The notes beneath the pieces are model-generated. The model was not told where the DNA came from, did not search any database, and saw only the letters and a program-made list of their open reading frames with translations. From positions 1,440,001 through 1,504,000 of the forward strand of contig CAWEZH010000002.1 of assembly GCA_963813535.1 (NCBI GenBank): a stretch of DNA of 64,000 nt, read 5' to 3'. Source of the DNA: an uncultured Chloroflexia bacterium. Its GTDB lineage: Bacteria; Chloroflexota; Limnocylindria; Limnocylindrales; CSP1-4. Of this stretch, positions 39,558 through 49,471 are shown piece by piece. Made by a program: the position numbers and the translations under genes. Within the stretch, counting starts at the first letter, position 1, and each line of letters starts with the position of its first letter.

Positions 39558-41912
39558 ATGTTCAGTGCCTGGGGAGCGTTCGTCTACCGCTTCCGCCGTC
39601 CGATCGCCATCCTCGCAGTCCTGTTCGCCATCGCCTCGGCGTCGCTCGCCTCCGGCGTGACCGGTGCCCTGAGCGCCGGTGGTTGGACCGATCCCGATTC
39701 CGAATCGGCGGCCGTCGCCGACAGGCTCGCAGAGGACTTCGGTGCGGGTGGCGGCACGATCGTCGCCGTCTTCCAGGGCCCCGACGGGGCCGATGCGCGG
39801 TCGGCCGAATTCCAGTCGACCATCAGTGACTCGCTCGATCGGCTCGTTGCGGACGACCGTGTCGATGGCACGGTCGGTTGGGCCGAGACCCAGGACGACC
39901 GGTTCATCAGCACGGACGGCACATCGGCCTATGTCGTGGTCCGTCTCGACATCACGGACGAGGCCGCGGTCGACCAGATGGAGGAACTCCGGGCGCTGAT
40001 CGACCAACCGTCAGGCGTCACGCTGCAGCTGACAGGCGTCGCCCCCGCGACGCAGGACCAGGCGGTCCAATCCGAGAAGGAGCTGCTCCAGGCCGAGACG
40101 GTGTCCTTCCCGTTCGCGGCGCTGATCCTGATCCTGGTCTTCTCGTCGCTCATCGCCGCGGGCATGCCACTCCTTGTCGCGGCGCTGGCGATCCCGACGA
40201 CGCTTGGCGGCGTCTACCTCGCGGCGCAGGTCACCGAGCTCTCGATCTACGTCCAGAACGTCGCCACGATGCTCGGCCTGGCGCTGGCGATCGACTACTC
40301 GCTGTTCATGGTCAGCCGGTTCCGTGAGGAGCTCCGGCGTGGCCGCGATGTCGGAACGGCCGTCACGGTCACGGTCGCGACGAGCGGCAAGGCCGTCACG
40401 TTCTCCGGCCTCGCTGTCGCGGTGGGACTGTCCGGCCTGCTGCTCTTCGAGCCGACGGCCCTTCGCTCGTTCGGGATCGGCGGGGCGCTGACGGTGGCCG
40501 CGTCGGTGTTCTTCGCATTGACGTTCCTCCCGGCGGTCCTCGGCATGCTCGGGCACCGCGTCAACTCGATGGGTGTCGGCGCTCTCCGCGACCGCATCCG
40601 TCGCGCGTTCGGCCGCCCCGTGGGCGAGGCAGCGGTGGTCGCCCGGGAGTCGCGCTGGGAGCGCATGGCTCACTGGGTCATGGCGCGACCGGTCATGGTG
40701 CTCATCCCGACGCTCGCGTTCCTGCTCATCCTTGGCACACCGTTCCTGCGTTTGAGCCAGGGCATCCCCGACGCATCGGTCCTGCCGCCCGGCATCGAAA
40801 GTCGCGAGGCCTCGGTCGCCTTGTCGACGGAGTTCCAGGCGGGCGAGACGTCGCCGAACATCGTCCTAGCCACCGTCGATGGCTCGCCGTTCGACGAGGG
40901 CAACGTCCAGCGGATCCTCGATCTCTCGGCCGGCCTCGATGCCGTCGAGCACATCGACCGCGTGGAGGGTCCGTTCGGGGGGCTCAAGGATCCGGCGACG
41001 GGGACCGATCTCGACGCCGCCGGCATCGCGGCACTGTTCGCGGCACCACGCGACCAGCTGCCACCCGAGCTCGCCACCGGGCTCGAGCGCCTCGAGGAGG
41101 CCTATGTCCGGGGTTCTACCGTCCGCCTCGACGCCATCAGCCCGCTGTCACCACTCTCACCGGACGGCACGGCCGTCGTGCCGCATCTCCGCGACGTCGA
41201 CGTCGCGGGCGTGACCACACAGATCGGCGGGCTTGCTGCCGAGGGCCACGACTTCATGACGAGCCAGTCCGAGACGATCCCCTGGGCGATCGGCCTGACC
41301 CTGGGCGCCAGCGCCCTGATCCTGTTCCTGCTCTTCGGGTCGGTGGTGATCCCGATCAAGGCCGTGATCATGACCCTGCTCTCGATCACTGCGTCGTTCG
41401 GGGCACTCGTCTTCATCTTCCAGGACGGCAACTTCGCCGACGTCCTGGGCTTCACGACGCCTGGCTTCACCATCGCCGGCAACCCGATCATCATGTTCAG
41501 CGTGCTGTTCGGCCTGTCGATGGACTACGAGGTCTTGCTTCTGTCGCGGATCCAGGAGGCCTACCGCCGGACCGGCGACAACACCGCCTCCGTCGCCGAG
41601 GGACTGGCCAAGACCGCCGGCGTGATCACCGGCGCGGCATTGATCATGGTCACGGTCTTCTCGGCGTTCGCCCTCGCCGAGTCGATCACGATCAAGAGCA
41701 TCGGCGTCGGTATGGCGATCGCCGTGCTGATCGATGCGACCATCGTCCGCGTGCTGCTCGTGCCGGCGACCATGCGCCTGATGGGCCGCTGGAACTGGTG
41801 GGCACCGGGACCGCTCGGTCGCCTCGCCGATCGCCTCGGGTTCAGTCATGTCGAAGACGAGCCTGATCCCGTGGCGCCGGCACCCCGGCCGGCGGGGTAC
41901 GCTGGCACGTAG
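39558..41912 (+). CDS. MMPL (RND) family transporter
   Basis: IDYSLF..SRFREE, GLSMDYEVLLLSRI.E, DATIVR.LLVPA.M...WNWW. Confidence 0.95.
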   Translation: MFSAWGAFVYRFRRPIAILAVLFAIASASLASGVTGALSAGGWTDPDSESAAVADRLAEDFGAGGGTIVAVFQGPDGADARSAEFQSTISDSLDRLVADDRVDGTVGWAETQDDRFISTDGTSAYVVVRLDITDEAAVDQMEELRALIDQPSGVTLQLTGVAPATQDQAVQSEKELLQAETVSFPFAALILILVFSSLIAAGMPLLVAALAIPTTLGGVYLAAQVTELSIYVQNVATMLGLALAIDYSLFMVSRFREELRRGRDVGTAVTVTVATSGKAVTFSGLAVAVGLSGLLLFEPTALRSFGIGGALTVAASVFFALTFLPAVLGMLGHRVNSMGVGALRDRIRRAFGRPVGEAAVVARESRWERMAHWVMARPVMVLIPTLAFLLILGTPFLRLSQGIPDASVLPPGIESREASVALSTEFQAGETSPNIVLATVDGSPFDEGNVQRILDLSAGLDAVEHIDRVEGPFGGLKDPATGTDLDAAGIAALFAAPRDQLPPELATGLERLEEAYVRGSTVRLDAISPLSPLSPDGTAVVPHLRDVDVAGVTTQIGGLAAEGHDFMTSQSETIPWAIGLTLGASALILFLLFGSVVIPIKAVIMTLLSITASFGALVFIFQDGNFADVLGFTTPGFTIAGNPIIMFSVLFGLSMDYEVLLLSRIQEAYRRTGDNTASVAEGLAKTAGVITGAALIMVTVFSAFALAESITIKSIGVGMAIAVLIDATIVRVLLVPATMRLMGRWNWWAPGPLGRLADRLGFSHVEDEPDPVAPAPRPAGYAGT

Positions 41913-41913
41913 C

Positions 41914-42519
41914 GTGGACGATCGATCGGCTCCCGTGACGCGGCTCGGCCCCGACAGTGGGGGCCGAGCGCCCGGTGACCCCGACGTCAAGGTCTACAGC
42001 TGGGAATGGGGCACCGGCCGCCTGGGCCGGGACCAGGAGCGACGCCCCGGCCTCCCATGGATCGGGGTCTTCCTGCTGGTATTCGGCGGGCTGCTCCTGA
42101 TCCAGCAGGTCTACCCGCAGGCGCAGGCTATCGGGTCCGTGCTGATGCTCGCGATCGGGCTGGCGTTCCTGATCCGGTGGGCGATCTCGCGCGGGACGGG
42201 CTCGCTGTACGCCGGCGCGATCATCACGGCACTGGCGGTCCCGAACGCGCTCGACAACCTGGGCGTCAGCCGTGACGGGCTCGGCACGTTCTGCCTGGGG
42301 GTCGCGTTCCTGTTCATCGCGCTCGTGCGCGTCGCCGGCGGTGGTGGCGTCGGCTGGCAGGCGTGGTTCGGCGGTCTGCTCACGCTCGTCGGGGTCGTGA
42401 ACCTCATCCAGCCCGATGTCGGTGGCCTGATCGTGCCGATCGCGCTCGTGGCACTCGGCGCGGTCCTGGTCTTCGGCGGCATGCTCGGCCCGGATCGGCG
42501 TGGGCGCCGCCTCTCATAG
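41914..42519 (+). CDS. Multi-pass membrane protein
   Basis: About 6 TM segments; GTG start 1 nt after the MMPL stop. Confidence 0.7.
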   Translation: MDDRSAPVTRLGPDSGGRAPGDPDVKVYSWEWGTGRLGRDQERRPGLPWIGVFLLVFGGLLLIQQVYPQAQAIGSVLMLAIGLAFLIRWAISRGTGSLYAGAIITALAVPNALDNLGVSRDGLGTFCLGVAFLFIALVRVAGGGGVGWQAWFGGLLTLVGVVNLIQPDVGGLIVPIALVALGAVLVFGGMLGPDRRGRRLS

Positions 42520-42611
42520 CTGGCGGGCGGGTCGGCACCATTGACACCCTTGACGGGGCAGCGACGCTTGGTCTCCGGGGGGATGGGAAGGCCGCGCAGG
42601 AGGGTTGGACG

Positions 42612-43079
42612 ATGAGAGCACCGCCGATCGGTGTAATAGTCCTTGGGTTCTTTGCCCTGGTGAACGGCATCGGCGCCGTCATCATCGGGCTCAGGTACAT
42701 GGGCATCGTCACGTTCGGGCCGGTGTCGACCGGGTCCGGTGTGTTCTTCTGGGGCCTATTGGCGTTCATCCTCGGCGTGGCGTATCTCGCGGTCGCCTAC
42801 GGGGCCTGGCAGCTCCGGATCTGGGCGTGGACGTTCGGCATGCTCGTGGCCATCCTCGGCATCTTCAACGCCGTGATGGTCCTGATCGCGACCGGAGATC
42901 TCGCGAGCGGCGTGGCTGCGGCCCTGCTGCCCGCCGTCATCCTCTGGTACTTGAACTCGGCGGGCGTCAAGGAAGCCTTCGTCGAGGGAGAGACCGAAGC
43001 CGCCCGTGGCTTCGCCAACGACTACGAGCGCGAGCAGGCCCAGCGCATGGCCGCCGAGCGAGCCGACGACTCGATGTGA
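42612..43079 (+). CDS. Four-TM membrane protein
   Basis: PIGV..., YGAWQLRIWAW, LWYL...VKEAF pattern. Confidence 0.75.
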   Translation: MRAPPIGVIVLGFFALVNGIGAVIIGLRYMGIVTFGPVSTGSGVFFWGLLAFILGVAYLAVAYGAWQLRIWAWTFGMLVAILGIFNAVMVLIATGDLASGVAAALLPAVILWYLNSAGVKEAFVEGETEAARGFANDYEREQAQRMAAERADDSM

Positions 43080-43118
43080 TCGACGCCTCGGTCCGATCGC
43101 GGACCGAGCAGATTCCCT

Positions 43119-44480
43119 CTAGCCGGACCTGGCGACCGAGGCCGTCGCGACGTCGACGGCCTCGGCGATCACCTCGGCGACACGCTGCATCTCGTCGTCG
43201 GTGATGACGAACGGCGGGCCGAGCAGGATCGTGTCGCCGTCGATGCCATCGGCATTGCCCGTCCCCATGTAGACCAGAACGCCCCGCTCGCGTGCCGCGC
43301 CGAGCACGGCCTCCGCGACACGGGCGGCCCGCGGGAACGGTCGTCGTGTCGAGCGGTCGTCAACGAACTCGACGCCGATCATCAGCCCCCGACCGCGGAT
43401 CTCCCCGACCGCCGGATGCTCCTCGAGGGCACCCGTGAGCAACGTCATCAGACGAACGCCCTTGGCGGCGCTTGCCTCGACCAGCTGCTCCTCGCGAAGG
43501 ATCCGGAGCACCTCGCCAGCGACCGTGGCGCCGACCACGGAGTGCGAATGCGTGAAGCCGTGCACGAACCCCTTTCCGGGCGCCATCACGGTGTCGAACA
43601 CGCCGCCGCTCGCCGCCGCGAATGCGAACGGCCAGTAGCCGCCCGTCGTCCCCTTGGCCGCGACGAGGATGTCTGCCCGGATCCCCCAGTGGTCGAGACC
43701 GAACCACCGGCCCGTCCGTCCGAACCCGGTCATGACTTCGTCCGCGATGAGCAGGACGCCGTGTCGCGCGCAGACCTCGGCGATGGCCGGCCAATAGTCG
43801 TCCGGCGGAACCACCGCCCCGAGCGTCGCCCCGACGATCGGCTCGGCGAGGAACGCGGCTACGCGACCGGGACCGGCCGCGCGGATCGCGGCGTCGAGCT
43901 CGGCGGCGAGCGCCTGCCCGTCGCCGATGGCGTGCGCGTCGGGATCGTCAGCCCGATAGGGATACGCCGCTGACACGTGCCGGAACCGGCCCAGCCACGG
44001 TTCATATGGCTTGCGCAGGGCTGGCCGTCCGCCCGCGTCGAGGGCACCCAGCGTGTTGCCGTGATAGCTCCCGTACCGCGAGATCAGCACGTCTCGGTCG
44101 GGCTCGTCGCGGGCCAGGTGGTAGACCCGGGCCAGCTTGAGCGCCGTCTCGATCGCCTCGGAGCCGCCGGAGACCGGGTAGATCGCCGGGTCGTCGACGG
44201 GCAGGACGTCGCCGACGGCGGCCGCGTACGCCTCGAGCGGCTCGGTGGTGAATGCGGAACCGTGGGCATAGGCGAGCCGACGGACCTGGTCGGCCATCAC
44301 GTCGGCGATGGACGCGCGCCCGTGCCCCACATTGACGACGATCGCGCCCCCTGCGGCATCGATGTACGTGCGCCCCTCGGAGTCATGGATGGTCGCTCCG
44401 CTCGACGACACAGCGACAGGCGGCTCAGCGAGGAGCGAGCGTCGGAAGACGCGGCCGCGGGCTCGGGGATGGTCGGTCAC
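43119..44480 (-). CDS. Class III PLP aminotransferase
   Basis: SGGSEAIE, SYHGNT, AEPIVG, ADEVMTGFGRTG, AAKG. Confidence 0.92.
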   Translation of the reverse strand: MTDHPRARGRVFRRSLLAEPPVAVSSSGATIHDSEGRTYIDAAGGAIVVNVGHGRASIADVMADQVRRLAYAHGSAFTTEPLEAYAAAVGDVLPVDDPAIYPVSGGSEAIETALKLARVYHLARDEPDRDVLISRYGSYHGNTLGALDAGGRPALRKPYEPWLGRFRHVSAAYPYRADDPDAHAIGDGQALAAELDAAIRAAGPGRVAAFLAEPIVGATLGAVVPPDDYWPAIAEVCARHGVLLIADEVMTGFGRTGRWFGLDHWGIRADILVAAKGTTGGYWPFAFAAASGGVFDTVMAPGKGFVHGFTHSHSVVGATVAGEVLRILREEQLVEASAAKGVRLMTLLTGALEEHPAVGEIRGRGLMIGVEFVDDRSTRRPFPRAARVAEAVLGAARERGVLVYMGTGNADGIDGDTILLGPPFVITDDEMQRVAEVIAEAVDVATASVARSG

Positions 44481-44512
44481 GCGCCGATCGTAGCGGGTCG
44501 ATGAGCGCCGGA

Positions 44513-44539
44513 GGGAACCAGGATGGGGTGCGCGGTGTA
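44513..44539 (+). promoter_or_regulatory. ECF promoter copy 1 (autoregulatory)
   Basis: GGGAACC-N14-GGTGTA upstream of the ECF sigma. Confidence 0.8.
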
Positions 44540-45125
44540 CGGGGTACGGTTGTCGTGGAGGGCCGTCCACATCGAAGACACCGAACTGATCGCGCGTGCC
44601 CGAGCCGGCGACGTCGCGGCGTACGAAGCCATCGTGCGCCGGTATCAGGACGTGGCCATCCGGACCGCGCACCTCATCTGCCCGGAGACCGATGCCGACG
44701 ATGCGGTCCAGGAAGCCTTCATCAAAGCGTTCGACGCCCTCCCCCGCTTTCGCGAGGGGTCGCCGATCCGCCCGTGGCTGCTGCGCATCGTCGCCAACGA
44801 GGCGCGCAACCGGCGTCGTTCGGCGGGTCGACGGCACGGGCTCGCCCTGCGCGCCGCGGATGCGATGCCACCCGCGCGGAGCACGCCCGGCCCGGAACAG
44901 ATCGTGATGGCCGCAGAGCAACGGACAGAACTCCTCGCGGCGCTCGCGACCCTGCGCGACGACGACCGCGAGGTCCTCGGCGCGCGCTTCCTGCTCGACC
45001 TGACCGAGGCCGAGACCGCGGAGACGCTCGGGATCCCGCGCGGGACCGTCAAGTCCAGGACGTCGCGTGCGCTCGGCCGCCTCCGCGAGGCGCTGGGGCC
45101 GGACGCGATGGGGTCCGACCGATGA
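44523..45125 (+). CDS. ECF sigma factor (true start probably GTG 44555 with a 1-nt insertion near 44570)
   Basis: ADDAVQEAF, WLLRIVANEARN, AETA..LGIPRGTVKSR. Confidence 0.9.
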   Translation: MGCAVYGVRLSWRAVHIEDTELIARARAGDVAAYEAIVRRYQDVAIRTAHLICPETDADDAVQEAFIKAFDALPRFREGSPIRPWLLRIVANEARNRRRSAGRRHGLALRAADAMPPARSTPGPEQIVMAAEQRTELLAALATLRDDDREVLGARFLLDLTEAETAETLGIPRGTVKSRTSRALGRLREALGPDAMGSDR

Positions 45126-46021
45126 CCGACCGATCGATCAGCCGCGACGACACGTCCCTCGAGGGTGCCCTGCGATCGCTGGCGGGCCAGATCGACTGGC
45201 CGCCGGCGGCGCCGTCGACCGCGGATGGCACGACGACGGGCCCCGACATCGCGACGCGCGTGCGCGTCCGCCTTGCGTCGGGCGAGCGTCGTCGATCCCG
45301 GCGGTGGTGGAGCGTCGGCGGACGACCGGTCCGGCGGTCGCTCATCCTCGCCATCGCGGCGCTGCTTGCGCTGGCGATCGTCGCCGGCGCCGTCGGGCTC
45401 AGACTGCCGGGGCTGCGGATCACGTTCGGTGAACCGCCGGCGTCGCTGCTCCCCTCGCCGGTCGCCACGGCCGTGCCGACCGGTGGAGCGACCTCGTCGC
45501 CATCGCCGACGCCCACCCCGACAGTTCCGCCGATCGCCGGCATGCGTCTGAGCCTCGGGCGCCAGGTCGAGCTCGACGAGGTCGAGGCCCTGACCGGGGT
45601 GCAGGTGCGGCTACCGACCGGGGAGCAGCTCGGACCCCCGGACAGCGTGTGGGTCGATCCGGCCAAGTCCGATCAGATCGCCTACGTGTGGAAGGCGGGG
45701 CCGAACCTGCCCGAGACCTCGGAACGAGGTGTCGGCCTGATCCTGATGCGCTTCGCCGGTCGGAGCGACGACGAGTTCTACCAGAAGGTGCTGAACACCG
45801 GCACGCAACTCCAGACCGTCAGGGTCGACGGCCACGACGGCTTCTGGATCTCGGGTGACATGCACTTCTTCTTCTACGAACGCCCCGAAGGCGGATACGT
45901 GGACGATGGTCGTCGCTGGGTCGGCGATTCCCTCGTCTGGTACGACGGCACCGCGACGTACCGCATCGAGAGCGCGCTCGGACGCGACGCCACGATCGCC
46001 CTGGCCGAGTCGCTCGACTAG
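45122..46021 (+). CDS. Putative anti-sigma factor (single TM, Pro/Thr linker, extracytoplasmic domain)
   Basis: ATGA overlap with the sigma; TM at about residues 72-92; C-terminal LVW...TYRIES...AESL. Confidence 0.8.
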   Translation: MTDRSISRDDTSLEGALRSLAGQIDWPPAAPSTADGTTTGPDIATRVRVRLASGERRRSRRWWSVGGRPVRRSLILAIAALLALAIVAGAVGLRLPGLRITFGEPPASLLPSPVATAVPTGGATSSPSPTPTPTVPPIAGMRLSLGRQVELDEVEALTGVQVRLPTGEQLGPPDSVWVDPAKSDQIAYVWKAGPNLPETSERGVGLILMRFAGRSDDEFYQKVLNTGTQLQTVRVDGHDGFWISGDMHFFFYERPEGGYVDDGRRWVGDSLVWYDGTATYRIESALGRDATIALAESLD

Positions 46022-46060
46022 CGGCCCGGCGCGGCGCGTCACGGGTCCGGAGCACCCGCA

Positions 46061-46087
46061 GGGAACCCGCCGGTGACCGGCGGTGTA
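46061..46087 (+). promoter_or_regulatory. ECF promoter copy 2
   Basis: GGGAACC-N14-GGTGTA, then AAGGAGG RBS. Confidence 0.8.
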
Positions 46088-46113
46088 TCAGGGCCGCAAG
46101 GAGGCTCTGTCAC

Positions 46114-47451
46114 ATGTCGTCGACACTATCGCGCCCACGCTGGCTGCTCGTGGTGCCCGTGCTCGCGCTCGCAGGTTGCTCGACGCCTGCCGCTTCTCCT
46201 GCGCCGACCCAGGGCGCGGCGAGCCCTGTTCCGAGCGCGACTCCGGCAGCGCAGGCCGGACCGGGTGACGCATGGCTGGTCGTGAGCGATATCAACGACC
46301 TCGACGTCCGGGTCACGCTCGACAGCACGCTCGAGGACATCTACGAGTTGCCGGTCGGCGTGCCGAACGAGACGTGGGGCTCGATCGTGACCGCGACGCC
46401 GGGCGAGCGCACGACCGTCATCGAGCGGCTCATCGTCCAACCCGGCTTCGACCGCTGGACCCAGGAGATCGACGGTCGCTGGATCCTGCCCACCGTCGGG
46501 CTCGACCCGATCCCGGTCGGCGTGTCGGCCGATCGCTCGATGATCGTGCTGGTCGAGGCGGACGCCGAGCATGGCGCCGCTGGCGCAGACCGCACCGTCA
46601 GCCGGTTCGCCGTGGTCGATGGGCGCCTTCCGCTTGCCCACGAGCCGCGGATCATCGAGTTGCGTGGTGCGTTCGATTTCGACGCCCTGTCACCCGATGG
46701 CACGCTGCTCTATGTCGCGGAGCAGGTTCGCGGACCGCTCGAGGCTCGCTACCAGGTGCGCGCCGTCGAGACCGCGACCGGCGTGATGCGCGACGGGATC
46801 ATCGTCGACAAGCGCAACATCGATGAGGAGATGGCCGGCTGGCCGGTCGACCAGCTGCGCCGGCCCGACGGCATGGTCATGACCTTGTACCGCGGAGCGG
46901 ACTATCCCTTCGTCCATGCGCTGTCGAGCGTCGAAGCGTGGGCGGTCTGCATCGATCTGCCGACCCACGGCTTCGATGATGTCGACGCTACCGACGACTG
47001 GGGCATCGTCAGCCTCGGCGCAGGCAAGGGCGATCTCGCCGTCAACGCCACCCTCGGGATCGTCGTCGACATCCATCCGAACGATCTCACCATCCGCCGG
47101 TCCGTCGACTTCGAGCCGTCCGCCGCCGCGGTGTTCCGGCTCGCCAAGTTCGGTCATGGCGAGCTCGGCCCGGCCGGTCGCCGGGTGATCGCCGCACCCG
47201 ACGGTGCGAGTGTCTTCGCGGCCGGCGACGGCGGCGTGGTCCGGATCGGTACCGCCGACCTCGACGTCCAGCAGCGCTACCTGACGGGGACCTCGGTCGA
47301 AGGGCTGGCCTTGACGCCGGACGGCGCGACCCTGTTCGCACTGACCACGACTGGTGGCCGGATCGCCCGGCTCGACGCCGCCACGGGCGAGGTGGACGGC
47401 TGGGTCGGCGACGGCGGGTTCGACCGCCTGCTCGGCGCGTTGCCCTGGTAG
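46114..47451 (+). CDS. Lipoprotein, probable beta-propeller
   Basis: Lipobox LAGC; repeated LSPDG.LLY / APDGASVF / LTPDGATLF blades. Confidence 0.8.
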   Translation: MSSTLSRPRWLLVVPVLALAGCSTPAASPAPTQGAASPVPSATPAAQAGPGDAWLVVSDINDLDVRVTLDSTLEDIYELPVGVPNETWGSIVTATPGERTTVIERLIVQPGFDRWTQEIDGRWILPTVGLDPIPVGVSADRSMIVLVEADAEHGAAGADRTVSRFAVVDGRLPLAHEPRIIELRGAFDFDALSPDGTLLYVAEQVRGPLEARYQVRAVETATGVMRDGIIVDKRNIDEEMAGWPVDQLRRPDGMVMTLYRGADYPFVHALSSVEAWAVCIDLPTHGFDDVDATDDWGIVSLGAGKGDLAVNATLGIVVDIHPNDLTIRRSVDFEPSAAAVFRLAKFGHGELGPAGRRVIAAPDGASVFAAGDGGVVRIGTADLDVQQRYLTGTSVEGLALTPDGATLFALTTTGGRIARLDAATGEVDGWVGDGGFDRLLGALPW

Positions 47452-47465
47452 CTCGGGAGGATCCC

Positions 47466-47493
47466 TCTCAGCGCGCTCTCAGGGTTCTCTGAG
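47466..47493 (+). promoter_or_regulatory. OmpR-family (MprA-box-like) direct repeats
   Basis: TCTCAG-N5-TCTCAG-N5-TCTGAG. Confidence 0.6.
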
Positions 47494-47545
47494 ACTCTTC
47501 GGGTCGACGGCGTAGGACCGCGCCGCTTCCCCGGAGGCCTCATTC

Positions 47546-48301
47546 GTGACCCGATCCCGGACCATCGCGCTCGCCGTACTGGCCGTCGCCGCGCTGGCGG
47601 TCGGTGGCTACATCGCCTACGACCAGGTACTCCGCGGTGACGACGTCGCCGCGCTCGCGCTGCCGTCGGCGACCGCACCCGGGGCGGCAACGTCGTCGGC
47701 ACCGGCCGCGACCGCGGACGCAGCAGCTTCGTCGAGCGAGCCAGCGTCCGAGTCGGGCATCGACGGCGAGTGGACCGTCACCGACGGCAGCGTCGCCGGT
47801 TATCGCGTGCGCGAGCAGCTCGCGAATCTCCCCGCCGAGTCTGATGCGATCGGACGGACATCCGCCGTGACCGGGTCGATCACGGTCGCGGCGGAGGGCG
47901 AGGGCGCCCGCCTGACCGCCGGCACGCTGACGGTCGACACGACCACGATCGAGTCCGACGAGGGTCGTCGTGACAACCGGCTTCGCAGCGAGGGTCTGCA
48001 GACCGACCAGTTCCCGACTGCGACGTTCACGGTGACCGCGCCTGTCGACGTGCCGGCGGCCGTCCTGTCCGGCACGGCCACCGACATCACCCTGGTCGGC
48101 GAGCTGACGCTCCATGGTGTGACCGAGAGCGTGGAGATCCCGGCGCAGGCGCAGTTCGCGGATGGAGCCGTGCAGGTCGCCGGATCGCTGACGTTCCCGC
48201 TGTCCGACTTCGACATCACGGCGCCGAACGTCGGCGGGTTCATCATCTCGATCGCCGACGAGGGCACCCTCGAGTTCCTGGTGGTGTTCGAGAAGGTCTG
48301 A
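47546..48301 (+). CDS. YceI-family protein, exported
   Basis: SVAGYRVRE, RDNRLR...L.TDQFPTATF, GELTLHGVT. Confidence 0.9.
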   Translation: MTRSRTIALAVLAVAALAVGGYIAYDQVLRGDDVAALALPSATAPGAATSSAPAATADAAASSSEPASESGIDGEWTVTDGSVAGYRVREQLANLPAESDAIGRTSAVTGSITVAAEGEGARLTAGTLTVDTTTIESDEGRRDNRLRSEGLQTDQFPTATFTVTAPVDVPAAVLSGTATDITLVGELTLHGVTESVEIPAQAQFADGAVQVAGSLTFPLSDFDITAPNVGGFIISIADEGTLEFLVVFEKV

Positions 48302-48326
48302 CGATCGGCTTTCGCGGGTTCGACCT

Positions 48327-49115
48327 CTATTTGGTGTAGGCCCCTCCGGGATCGAGTTCCTCGCGGATCAGGCGAAGCTCATCGGGGGTCGGCGGCGGCG
48401 TGGTCGCGACATCGTCAACGACTTTGACCTCCCAGCCGATCGTCGAGCGGACGGCGTCGAGCGTCGCGCCGGGATGGAGTGACACCAGTCGCATCTCACC
48501 GGTCTCGTCGAAGTCGTAGATGCCGAGGTCGGTCACGACCACCGACGGCCCTCGGCCGAGCCAGCCGCCTTCGCGTCGGATCCGTTCCGCCTGCTCGGCG
48601 CCACCGAGGTTGCCGGGCGACGTCCGAAAGTCGATGGTCTCGACGAACGAGCGGGCCGACTGGCGCATGATCACGAAGACCTCACGAGCGTTGATGGCGA
48701 TCTCGCACGCCCCGCCGCTGCCGGGCAGCCTGGTCTTCGGGTGGTCGTACGGCCCGATCACCGTCGTGTTGATGTTGCCGAACCGGTCGATCTGTGCGGC
48801 GCCCAGGAACCCGACGTCGATCAGGCCGCCCTGGAGGTAGTAGCCGAACAACTCGAGCATGCTGACGACGGCCGTCGAGCCGGTCACGATCGTCGGGTCG
48901 CCGATGCTGAGGGGCAGGCGCTGCGGCCGCGCTCCGAACACACCAGCTTCGTAGACGAGCTCGAGATCCGGCGCGACAGTCCGCTGGGCGAGGTTCACCG
49001 CGATGTTCGGCAGACCCACGCCGACGAAACACACGTGCTGGCCCTCGAGGGCGCGGGCAGCCGCCACGATCATCATCTCGGAGCTCGAGAAGGCGGTCTC
49101 CGTCCCGCTCGTCAC
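48327..49115 (-). CDS. Family I CoA-transferase beta subunit (GctB-like)
   Basis: FVGVGLP, LVYEAG (catalytic Glu), GAAQIDRFGNINTT, RLPGSGG. Confidence 0.9.
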   Translation of the reverse strand: MTSGTETAFSSSEMMIVAAARALEGQHVCFVGVGLPNIAVNLAQRTVAPDLELVYEAGVFGARPQRLPLSIGDPTIVTGSTAVVSMLELFGYYLQGGLIDVGFLGAAQIDRFGNINTTVIGPYDHPKTRLPGSGGACEIAINAREVFVIMRQSARSFVETIDFRTSPGNLGGAEQAERIRREGGWLGRGPSVVVTDLGIYDFDETGEMRLVSLHPGATLDAVRSTIGWEVKVVDDVATTPPPTPDELRLIREELDPGGAYTK

Positions 49116-49471
49116 GGCACGTCCTCGATCGAGGTGAAGACCGTCTTGCCGAGCCGGCGAGCCGCATCGACCATCCGATCGGCACCCTCCGACGGACCAC
49201 CGATACGCAGGCACGCGTCGCACCGCGCGAGGACGCGCTCGGCGACCGGGTGGAAGATCTCGTCGAACGGATCGCCTCCCGCGTCGTCGCGCTCCGCCTG
49301 CTCGATGAGTGGCAGCGCGAACCATTCGCCCATGACCGGCAGGTGGCCGCGCCGATAGAGGTCGAGCGAGACGCGGGACATCGCCTCGACATTCGCCGCG
49401 ATCCGGTCCGGGTCCCCGCCCGTCCCCGACCGGTATGGTCCGGCAACGAGGATCATCAACGGCTCGCTCAT
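49112..49471 (-). CDS. Small nucleoside deoxyribosyltransferase-fold (DUF4406-like) protein
   Basis: ILVAGPY, GHLP..GEW, RCDACLRIGGPS.GAD, GKTVF. Confidence 0.7.
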   Translation of the reverse strand: MSEPLMILVAGPYRSGTGGDPDRIAANVEAMSRVSLDLYRRGHLPVMGEWFALPLIEQAERDDAGGDPFDEIFHPVAERVLARCDACLRIGGPSEGADRMVDAARRLGKTVFTSIEDVP

